A stretch of DNA of 64,000 nt from assembly GCA_019058315.1 (NCBI GenBank), contig JAHPZH010000007.1, positions 32,001 to 96,000 of the forward strand, written 5' to 3'. Source of the stretch: Candidatus Helarchaeota archaeon. GTDB lineage: Archaea; Asgardarchaeota; Lokiarchaeia; Helarchaeales; RDOG01. The position numbers and the translations under genes are program-made. This document shows positions 1 to 8,667 of the stretch, in pieces. How positions within the stretch are numbered: position 1 is the first letter of the stretch; every line of letters begins with the position of its first letter. The notes under the pieces were generated by a model. That model had not been told where the DNA came from, searched no databases, and saw only the letters and a program-made list of their open reading frames with translations.

Positions 1-3000
1 TTCTTAATTTTCTCGCTTTCTACTTCTCTAACGAAATAAGGTATTTTTTTTAAGTTAAATTTCTTTTCTTTTTGTAATTTCAGGATTAAATTCAAATGTA
101 AATAATGATTTAATGTTCTTTTTATTATTTTTCTTATTTCTTTTTCATCATTACTATTAAAATCTCTAATATTTTGAATTAAAGAAGTAAAAAATTCCTC
201 AGTCAAATTAGAATTAAAATATTTCAAAATCTCACAATGCAAATCATACCATTTTGCCCTTATTCCTGGTTTGGTATATATTGATTTTTTAAAAATCTCT
301 ACAACCCTTTTAAGCAACTTTTTTTTAGTTATTGGATGAATCCCCTCTATTAAATCATATCCAATTTTTTCATAATAAGAAATTTTTTTGGATGAATTAT
401 CTTTATTCCAATTAAATTGGAAAAAATTGTAAGAATAACGTTCCAACATATTTAATAAATCCCTAAGAGAAGAAATCTTTTTACAAATATCCGTATTGAG
501 AAAATGTAAAAAAAATTCTTCAAAATTCTTAAAATTATCCTCGTAATTATTTTTAAAGAATCTTATCACACTTGGAATTCGCTTATTACCTCTTTGCTCT
601 TTTTTTACTCTTCCACCAAGATCTTCAAATATCTTTAAATTTATGTTTTTTGAATCTTGGATATAGATATAAAAACTATCTCCATGCCACAGACAAATAT
701 CAATAGATTGCCCATGTTTGGTATTATTTAAGAGCAAGCTTAAATCTTCCTTTTCAATATCTTTTTTAAACTTAAAGAGAACATATTTTACACCGAATTT
801 AGTCATTCCTTCTAAATAATATTGTAATTCAGAAGTTTTAGAATCAAAACTCAATTGAGTTTCCCTGATTAAATGGGGATAGCTGATACCTGAAAAATCA
901 AATTTAGGAAATTTTTTTCGTCTTAAGATGATGTCGCATTTTTCATTAGCATAACCATATAATTTCACATATTTTCCAAAGGATTTTTTTAGAAAAATTT
1001 CTGTATCAAAAACTGGCATGAGTTTATAGGGCTCAAATCTTCTGTTTCTATAAATATTACTATCGTAAACCATTTGTGTTAATATAATTATAGAATTTGT
1101 CTCCCTTGCAATGAATTTTAACATTGTGGTAAAATTTCCTGCAATGCTTGCCCTCTTCCAAGTAGGAGATAGTTCTTCGTTATCTCCATTGATGGGAATA
1201 TTTCTTTGAATCTGAGTAATTAATGAGTTAACTATAATTAATTTGGGATGAAATTTATTCTTAATATCAATTAACCTTTGTAAGATCGAGTCTATATTAT
1301 CATTGTCGGAAAATGGGATGAAATGGACTCTCTTAAGATTTTCAATATTATAATTTTTAAAATTTCTAGAGATATCAGCTAAATTTTTATAAAAAGGGAA
1401 TTTTAAGTTATTTAAACAAACTACACTTTCTGAATTTAACCCATCCTCATGTTGTGCTGCTAACATGAGGTAACAGATTAAATCCATTAACTGTTTTTCT
1501 TCGTTTTTGTGACAAAAAATTAAGTTAAAGGAACCACAATTAAATCCTTCAGCTCGGCTTTTTTTCCAGCCAAATATTTCGATCCTTGTTCCCTTTTGTA
1601 TATTACGACCTAATTCAATTTTACCGTCAGAGATAAGTCTGATTTCATTTTCTTTAGGGATCTTATCAACAACCTCTAACTCTTCCCCTGTCCAATCGAA
1701 CTTTTTCTGAAGTGGAGGGTATATAATAGCCAAATTCATTTTAATTATTTTTTTATTTAATAAAATCTCAGTACCCTCTTTAAATTCCTGAGAAACCTCA
1801 AAAAAGATATGATTTTGTTCAGTTACTAATTTATCAATATCGGTGAATGTAGGAAAACAAGGTTTTGTTTCTGGAATGTGATCTATTGATTTAGAATAAC
1901 CGCTCTCAACCACATTAAAGTAAGTTTTTTTAAGGGAGAAGTTTTCATGATATTCTTCTTCATAATGGGGTAATAAATCACAAATCTTAATCCTACTCAA
2001 GAATTCAATAAAACTAATATATTGACCCAGTTGTAAAAACTGATAACCGCCATCCACACATTTATTCATGGGATCTAATACAGTTAGAGCAGTTTTATGA
2101 CCCATGCTTTTATTAAAAATGTTGTGAAGGTCAATTTTTTTGGATGTTCGTATAGCTATTTCTTTTGTAGTCCAACAAATGATTTTAATATCTATGTTTT
2201 CTGGATTTCTTCCTAAGTTTTTAATCAAGGTATTTATTTTCCTAATTGGAATATCTTTTTTTAATTCAAATGCTGCATAATTAAATCCATTCCGAGTATT
2301 CCCAAATTCGTAAAAATAGAGTAGCTTCTCAGGATTTTTAAGGAGATTTTCTCTCCGTTTTAAAAATTTTTCCAACTCTTTTGTTTTATTTGGCTTTGAA
2401 TATGCACACACTTCACGGAAAAATTTAGCAAAATCTATATTTTTTATAAATCTGAAGATATTATAAAGATAAAATTCATAAAAATCAAACCAATCATTTA
2501 TATAATTATTTTCATTAATGGTCGCAATCCAATTTTTAAAATTCTTAAGATTTGGTCTACCATATTTATTAAAAAATTCATCTTCATCAACAATTTCGTT
2601 AACATATTGAATTGTTAAATCATAAGCTTCCCTTTCTTTGGAATATAAAAACTCCCCATTATGTTCTTCAAATAGACTTTTTATATTATTTAGGTCATTT
2701 TCAGATTCTATTACTGGGTGATGATCAAACCAGATTAATTTGAAATTAAAGTATCTGTCTTCAAGTTGCTCAAAAAATATTTTAAGGAATTTTTCTCGAC
2801 CTGGTAAGAATGGAATGTCTGCAACATAAATATAATTCATCATATCGTGCTTTAAAGACTTTAAAACTTTATTTTCAAGAACCTTTTCAATATAGTTTAG
2901 ACCATATCTATTTGTTGCTGGAAAGATCGATAATATGTTATTTTTTCCTTGATGTAGAAATGTCAAGTTTACAGCAGACTTAAAACCATCCTTATCAACA

Positions 3001-6000
3001 TGAGGAATAATGCAGACATTTATCCAAGGTTCTAACTCAGGAATTCCCTTCTCCTTAGGAGATAAGAAAAAATCTAAGATTGTTAGGGTATCTTGAATCA
3101 TAATATTTCTATAAAATAGATCTTCATCCTCCAACTCAATGTATTGGGGAATATTCCCATTTCCCAAAATAGAGTCAATTATATTTACAATATTAAAAAC
3201 CCATTTTGCTTCTTTTTTTGTTTCAAAGGCACAAAAAGGAATATATTCAATATTATTTTTTGATTTCAAGAATTGAGCAAGATTTTTAGCTTCGAGCTCC
3301 ATAATCTGGAGCATAGATAATTCTTTATTCTTATAATAGAATTTTTTTGAACATACATCTTGGAATAATGTATCTAGTTTTTTCTTTGCCTTACATTTAC
3401 TTGAAACATAAAATAATTCTCTCCCTAATTCGTCCATTCCCCTCCATACGTCTTTTCTAAAAATTCTATTATCTATAAACATTTCAACTAAATAATATCT
3501 TAATGGTGGTCTATAAGCATCCATGAAATCAAAAAGTAACTCCTTATTTTTCTTAGTCATTGCCCCATAAAAGGTCTCATTTCTTTTCCCGCTATTTGCA
3601 CGATAATGCAATATTCCAGGTCCAGGGAAAAATCGATTAAATCCGACTTTACCTAAAGCTTTGCCTGCTTCTTTTTGTAATAAAATATATAGATAATTCA
3701 AGCATGCATTAAACACATCATAAGCCTTTGCACCATAATAAAAAATTGTCTCGGCGTATCTCTGTGCTTGCCGGCCAACAAAGCGAAATTTTGGGGGTAA
3801 AGCCCGTTTGATCACTTCCCAAGCATTTTTTTCTGAATTTCCTTCAGCAGAACGTAATCTATTCATGATATCTATTATTTCTTGTTCATTATGAGGTTCA
3901 TAAGAAGCATTATAAAATAAATATGTTAAAAGCAACCAATCAAGTTGACCATAAAGGAGTTTATCTTGATATTTCTTTATAACCCACGGTTTGTTTAATT
4001 CTGTAATGAATTTCGAGACTAATTTTCTTGTATAAAGCACATTTGACATTATTTTTGCAAAAACCATTTGTCTACCGACTTCCATCAAATCCCCTTTTGC
4101 TCTCCGATCTATTATTTTATTTCTAATCAAACTCTCGGATCTTTCCCTTTTCTCCGCTTCAAGTATTTCTTCTTTGTTATGTTCAATTAATTCTATTCGA
4201 TGTAAGTCAATAAAATTCATTGCTTCTTTACTTATTGTCCCTCCGAATAATTCAATTCTTCCCACCGCATCTATAAAGTAACGTCTTTTATTACCAGATA
4301 TATAAAAACGAAATACTTTATCTTTCGAGTCATAATCAACCCGTAATTCATGTCGCTTTTTCACAATTAGATTGTACGCATAATTTTTAACATTAGCTAT
4401 TAAAAAGCCATTAATTTCTTTGATTTTATTAGTTATTTGTTTATAAATTCCTGTTTTTCCCTCAAACATTCCCCTCTCTCCCATATATACCACTAATTTA
4501 CAATTCTTACAAATTGATGCAACTCCATATATGGGAATTAATAGTGTATTTATTTCACCACATTCAGGGCATTTTGGTTTGTCATCATGAATTTCAAAAC
4601 TTTTAAATTGAATATATTTACGTTCTATTTCTTCAAAATCATCACATATTTTTTGCTTTGGAGAACGTTCTTTTTTCTTAAAATTACATCTATATCTACA
4701 ATTTATTCTCTTTCTTCGATCATGAGGATGTTTTTGCAAGTGTTGGCAATCTTTACATGTTTTTTCTTGAGATTTTTCAAAATATTTCTTTAAAAAATAT
4801 CGATATGGAGGTCTTCCTATTACTTGATATTCTTGAACACAAACAACTCTATCTGAAAGTTTATCTAAGTGTGCTCTAATTTTACGAAGACTAATATCAC
4901 CATAAAGATTCATATACAACTCTTTTACTGTTAGTCCATTTTTACCAGCTATTTCTAATAGCTTTAATATTTCTTCATCAAGCATTGAAGGAGCTTTATT
5001 TCTCCAATTAATCTTGTGACGCCAAATCCCCGGTTTTTTACCTTTCTTTTCGATTTCTTCTTTTTGGTAACGTCTATAGATCTTATTAAGGGTATGAAAT
5101 ATTGTCTTATTTTCATCAAATACTCTAGTAAAATCAACTTCGTAGTAATTTTGTCCCTTCTCTTTAACAATTTTTTCGACATATTCATGGATTCTGCAAC
5201 CTTCACAGAAGAGATATAATGATGCAGCAAGCCAAATACTGGTTTTTCGATAATTTTCAATATCTCCATCATAAAGTCCTTTTTTATAATTCTCTTTTTC
5301 TTCTTGTTCTAGATCCCAGCGATAATTCTGTAATAAATCTCGAATTTTATCTTTCTTTTCTAGTACATAATCCCTTTGAAGTGCTTTTAAATCTTGAAAC
5401 CTAGGGTCCTCTTTAAGAAGAATCTTTGTTGCAGTATTAGTAAGGATATTGATACAAGAGCTGGGCGAGGGCTTATTATTATATAAAAACAAAAATGAAA
5501 ATTCATCAGCAGTTAAAATATCAACTTGCGATTCAACTGCTGCCTCCCCTATATATGTGAGCCCCATCACCTTTTTACTTGATCTTATATAAATTGTGTT
5601 AAGCAGATCATTGACAATTCTCCTAAGTCTATATCGAACATATCTATGTGTTAATCTTGTAAATTCATCACGCGTTATTTTTTTCCTTATATCTTCTGTT
5701 TCTTTTTTATTAATTTTATATAATTCCAAATTTCTTTCATTTTTTGCCCTTAAAATGAGCTTTTTAATATATTTCTTCCATTTTTTAAAAGATATTTGAT
5801 GATAAAATAACCTTTCAATTGCTAACTTTTCAATATCTTTTAAAGTAATTCTGCTTCTAATCTCATCAAGCTTAAAACCTCTAAAACGAAAATTCTTAGG
5901 TATTTTTTCTGATTTTTGATCTTGCTCTTTTATTTTCTTATCCTTGATTAGAAGAATTTTCTCTTCAAAATCATTTTTCAATAATTTCGAAACAAAAAAT

Positions 6001-7292
6001 ATTATATTCCCTTCTTTTTCTCTGGTTCTACCAATCATTTGAGTAAGTTCAACTGAGTTATAAATTTCAGCATCAGTTATTAGTATTGTATGGATGTTCT
6101 TGATATCTACTCCAACTTCCAATACAGGACTGCAAAAAAGGAATCGAATTTTATCATCCTTCATAAATTCGTTAAATTTTCTTTTTCTAATCTCTAAATC
6201 CAACCCTGCATGTATGTAATCAACATGAAAAGCAACTTTTTTTTCATTAATAAATTGCATATATTCTTCAAATTCTCTACCATATTCAGTATCAAGATCT
6301 GAAAATACAGCATTTGCGATATAATTTTTTGGATTAACATATGGAACCTTACCAAAATTTTCCCATACGAACATAGCGAGGGCTTCTGCAATCCTACGGC
6401 TATAGGTGAAAATGAGCATTTTGCCAGAAGTTTTTTTATCATTTTTCACAATATCATATAAAAATTTCTCACAATGTTTCAATGTTCTAAATAGCTTTTC
6501 ATAATATGCCCTAATATTATCAAACTTTAAGCGAGTCTTAATGAACTTTTCAACATCTGAAAATTTGTATTTTTTCAATAACTTTTTTCTTTCCCTCTTC
6601 CATATATGTTTAAAATCACCATATTTCTTTTGAATTATTTCTCCTTTAAAATTTCGTTCATTTGATCTAAAAATAAGTTCACAATTAAATTTTTTAGCCC
6701 AATTTTCTGCTGATTTTCTTTCAAAACTCCCACTTAAAAAACAAAATTGAACATCTTCATGCTCACGCTGAATTTTATATAACATCGTTTCGAGTTTTAA
6801 GCCACGAGATCTTTCTCCTAATTTATGAGCTTCATCAATAATAACCGCTCCAAATATTTTCTTTCCATAGAAATATCTTCTCTTTTGTATCTCAAAAAGG
6901 AATGAGCGAAATGCTTCATATGTTGCGATAATTATTGCATTCCCCATAGCATTTCTTAAATCATCAAGAGCAGGTCTAATTTCTGCTTGTAATTTTAATA
7001 TTTTTATTTCTCTTTGATATTCTCTTTCTAATTCAATAGCTTTTTGATGTAAAAGCATCACTGTCGGAACCAAATATACAGGAATTAAATTTCTGACTAA
7101 AGCCATTGTAGTACAAATTTTTGCAATTTCGGTTTTACCCATACCTGTTGGTGCAACTACAAAAACACTTCGACCTTTAATTACAAATTTATATCCTTTT
7201 TTTTGATATTTATGTAGTTTGCTAAGTAAGAAATTTCTACGCTTCGAACTCTTGTCTGCCTTCTCAATATTTCTAGAAATCGTCTCAAACAT
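1..7292 (-). CDS. Giant multidomain protein (>=2430 aa, 3'-truncated by window): Ski2/Hel308-like helicase + wHTH + Cys/Zn modules + Cas1 + DHH/DHHA1 + degenerate RecA-like + second DHHA1-like
   Basis: Manual translation from ATG 7292 (MFETISRNIE...) to position 3 finds no stop. Helicase motifs: APTGMGKT (7131-7154), IIDEAH (DEAH 6825-6836), LSGS, LIFTYSRR, HAGL, LEVGVDI, QMIGRTR (6021-6041). Cas1 motifs: LRSAEG, FVGR..AYDVFNACLNYLY, GILH, LLFDFMDAYRP (~3230-4380). DHH motifs: HVDKDG (2985-3002), YVADIP, WFDHHP (DHH 2718-2726). Confidence 0.9.
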   Translation of the reverse strand, partial: MFETISRNIEKADKSSKRRNFLLSKLHKYQKKGYKFVIKGRSVFVVAPTGMGKTEIAKICTTMALVRNLIPVYLVPTVMLLHQKAIELEREYQREIKILKLQAEIRPALDDLRNAMGNAIIIATYEAFRSFLFEIQKRRYFYGKKIFGAVIIDEAHKLGERSRGLKLETMLYKIQREHEDVQFCFLSGSFERKSAENWAKKFNCELIFRSNERNFKGEIIQKKYGDFKHIWKRERKKLLKKYKFSDVEKFIKTRLKFDNIRAYYEKLFRTLKHCEKFLYDIVKNDKKTSGKMLIFTYSRRIAEALAMFVWENFGKVPYVNPKNYIANAVFSDLDTEYGREFEEYMQFINEKKVAFHVDYIHAGLDLEIRKRKFNEFMKDDKIRFLFCSPVLEVGVDIKNIHTILITDAEIYNSVELTQMIGRTREKEGNIIFFVSKLLKNDFEEKILLIKDKKIKEQDQKSEKIPKNFRFRGFKLDEIRSRITLKDIEKLAIERLFYHQISFKKWKKYIKKLILRAKNERNLELYKINKKETEDIRKKITRDEFTRLTHRYVRYRLRRIVNDLLNTIYIRSSKKVMGLTYIGEAAVESQVDILTADEFSFLFLYNNKPSPSSCINILTNTATKILLKEDPRFQDLKALQRDYVLEKKDKIRDLLQNYRWDLEQEEKENYKKGLYDGDIENYRKTSIWLAASLYLFCEGCRIHEYVEKIVKEKGQNYYEVDFTRVFDENKTIFHTLNKIYRRYQKEEIEKKGKKPGIWRHKINWRNKAPSMLDEEILKLLEIAGKNGLTVKELYMNLYGDISLRKIRAHLDKLSDRVVCVQEYQVIGRPPYRYFLKKYFEKSQEKTCKDCQHLQKHPHDRRKRINCRYRCNFKKKERSPKQKICDDFEEIERKYIQFKSFEIHDDKPKCPECGEINTLLIPIYGVASICKNCKLVVYMGERGMFEGKTGIYKQITNKIKEINGFLIANVKNYAYNLIVKKRHELRVDYDSKDKVFRFYISGNKRRYFIDAVGRIELFGGTISKEAMNFIDLHRIELIEHNKEEILEAEKRERSESLIRNKIIDRRAKGDLMEVGRQMVFAKIMSNVLYTRKLVSKFITELNKPWVIKKYQDKLLYGQLDWLLLTYLFYNASYEPHNEQEIIDIMNRLRSAEGNSEKNAWEVIKRALPPKFRFVGRQAQRYAETIFYYGAKAYDVFNACLNYLYILLQKEAGKALGKVGFNRFFPGPGILHYRANSGKRNETFYGAMTKKNKELLFDFMDAYRPPLRYYLVEMFIDNRIFRKDVWRGMDELGRELFYVSSKCKAKKKLDTLFQDVCSKKFYYKNKELSMLQIMELEAKNLAQFLKSKNNIEYIPFCAFETKKEAKWVFNIVNIIDSILGNGNIPQYIELEDEDLFYRNIMIQDTLTILDFFLSPKEKGIPELEPWINVCIIPHVDKDGFKSAVNLTFLHQGKNNILSIFPATNRYGLNYIEKVLENKVLKSLKHDMMNYIYVADIPFLPGREKFLKIFFEQLEDRYFNFKLIWFDHHPVIESENDLNNIKSLFEEHNGEFLYSKEREAYDLTIQYVNEIVDEDEFFNKYGRPNLKNFKNWIATINENNYINDWFDFYEFYLYNIFRFIKNIDFAKFFREVCAYSKPNKTKELEKFLKRRENLLKNPEKLLYFYEFGNTRNGFNYAAFELKKDIPIRKINTLIKNLGRNPENIDIKIICWTTKEIAIRTSKKIDLHNIFNKSMGHKTALTVLDPMNKCVDGGYQFLQLGQYISFIEFLSRIKICDLLPHYEEEYHENFSLKKTYFNVVESGYSKSIDHIPETKPCFPTFTDIDKLVTEQNHIFFEVSQEFKEGTEILLNKKIIKMNLAIIYPPLQKKFDWTGEELEVVDKIPKENEIRLISDGKIELGRNIQKGTRIEIFGWKKSRAEGFNCGSFNLIFCHKNEEKQLMDLICYLMLAAQHEDGLNSESVVCLNNLKFPFYKNLADISRNFKNYNIENLKRVHFIPFSDNDNIDSILQRLIDIKNKFHPKLIIVNSLITQIQRNIPINGDNEELSPTWKRASIAGNFTTMLKFIARETNSIIILTQMVYDSNIYRNRRFEPYKLMPVFDTEIFLKKSFGKYVKLYGYANEKCDIILRRKKFPKFDFSGISYPHLIRETQLSFDSKTSELQYYLEGMTKFGVKYVLFKFKKDIEKEDLSLLLNNTKHGQSIDICLWHGDSFYIYIQDSKNINLKIFEDLGGRVKKEQRGNKRIPSVIRFFKNNYEDNFKNFEEFFLHFLNTDICKKISSLRDLLNMLERYSYNFFQFNWNKDNSSKKISYYEKIGYDLIEGIHPITKKKLLKRVVEIFKKSIYTKPGIRAKWYDLHCEILKYFNSNLTEEFFTSLIQNIRDFNSNDEKEIRKIIKRTLNHYLHLNLILKLQKEKKFNLKKIPYFVREVESEKIK

Positions 7293-7594
7293 AATATCAA
7301 ATGAACAGCATCAGTAAAAAATTATAATTTCAAAGAAATCTCTAAAGTGTTTAAAAATTTTTTTAAATTAATTTTTTGAAATTCAAAATTACTAATTTAA
7401 ATTTAAAATTTTAAATAATTTATTAATTTTTGTTAATTCCATTTTTAAATATCATAATTTATTTATAAAGCCGAAGTGCCTAAATATCCGACTATTATCT
7501 ATTAGTCTATACCATTAATGGTAATTAAAGAAAACATATTTTCTAAAATGTAAGTGGAATATAAATAAATTTAAATGAAGTTAAAAATGATAAA

Positions 7595-8620
7595 TCATAG
7601 AAAATTACCAGAATTAAGTTCACTTAATAAAAAATTTTTTTCTATTCCTTTATAATAACCTCTCGTAACAAGGCTACCCTCTAGAAATCCGATTTTCCTT
7701 AAAAAACTTTTTTTATCTTTTTTCCTTACGATTAATAAATGGGTATATTTATCATTGATTAAATAATTGATGTTAAAATGATTATGAATTTCTCCTATTT
7801 CATATAAGAAATCAAGATTTTTTTGAGCCCCAATAAGCCAAAATCTCTTATATTTTTTGGATACAGTTATACCCCCATCATCTGCCCAAAAACATCGAAG
7901 AAACTCTCGTTTAAATTCGGAAGGACCAGCCTTTATCACTTCTGGAACTTGAATATTATTTGATTTACAACTGTAAGATGGTGCATATTTCATTAAATCT
8001 TGAATAGCTAAAATTGAGTTGTAATTAATAGATACGCAATTTTTATGGTTTTCATCAAATATACCATTATTTTCAAGTCCATATACAGTTTTCACATCAT
8101 TGATAAACTGCTGAATTACTTTTGGTGATGAACAGATAAATCTAAAGTAATTATTTCCTTTTCTATCATTGACAGAACCATCAAAAAGCATATGACTAAT
8201 GATTCTTATTTTTTCAATTGTCATTTTCTCTTGTTCCTTTATTGGTTTATATCTACTTTCTTGAAACTCTTTTGACTTCCATTTTTGTTTCATTATACGA
8301 CTAAAATGAATTCGACTTTGTTCTCTTTTAGAGGGGGTTACATTTGCAAGCTTAGCCCCCTTACTACAACCCCAATTTGGGGGGAATACTACAAATTGGA
8401 AGTCATATTTTGATTTACTGATAATTTTCAGACACTCAATAAATAAAGATTCCGGAATTGTAGATATTCCAGATCTATAATTATATAAATTATTCTTTGG
8501 TATATCCATCTTAATTGAAAGTTGCTTAAAAGTAACTTTCTTCCTTAATAAATCAAAGAATTTCTTCAAATCTAGTTTTTCTAATTTAATCCTGTTTTCT
8601 TTTGTATTTCTACCTTTCAT
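7595..8620 (-). CDS. Free-standing double-motif LAGLIDADG (DOD/intein-type) endonuclease with N-terminal HTH
   Basis: IISHMLFDGSV and FLRCFWADDGGI motifs; N-terminal TFKQLSIKMDIPKNNLYNYRSG is HTH-like; no intein splice motifs. Confidence 0.75.
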   Translation of the reverse strand: MKGRNTKENRIKLEKLDLKKFFDLLRKKVTFKQLSIKMDIPKNNLYNYRSGISTIPESLFIECLKIISKSKYDFQFVVFPPNWGCSKGAKLANVTPSKREQSRIHFSRIMKQKWKSKEFQESRYKPIKEQEKMTIEKIRIISHMLFDGSVNDRKGNNYFRFICSSPKVIQQFINDVKTVYGLENNGIFDENHKNCVSINYNSILAIQDLMKYAPSYSCKSNNIQVPEVIKAGPSEFKREFLRCFWADDGGITVSKKYKRFWLIGAQKNLDFLYEIGEIHNHFNINYLINDKYTHLLIVRKKDKKSFLRKIGFLEGSLVTRGYYKGIEKNFLLSELNSGNFL

Positions 8621-8667
8621 TTTAAAACCGAAAATTTATTTCATAAAATCAAATAAAAACATCTAAG

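Noticed and set aside
4587-6442. Six short track ORFs (4587+, 4964-, 5016+, 5219+, 5596+, 6194-)
   Set aside because: All are antisense or off-frame shadows inside the giant helicase-Cas1 ORF
5200-7292. Calling the helicase Cas3
   Set aside because: No HD nuclease domain; HAGL, QMIGR, winged-helix and ratchet-like segments point to the Ski2/Hel308 family
7595-8620. Intein
   Set aside because: No N-terminal C/S block or C-terminal HN motif and no flanking extein; separate ORF
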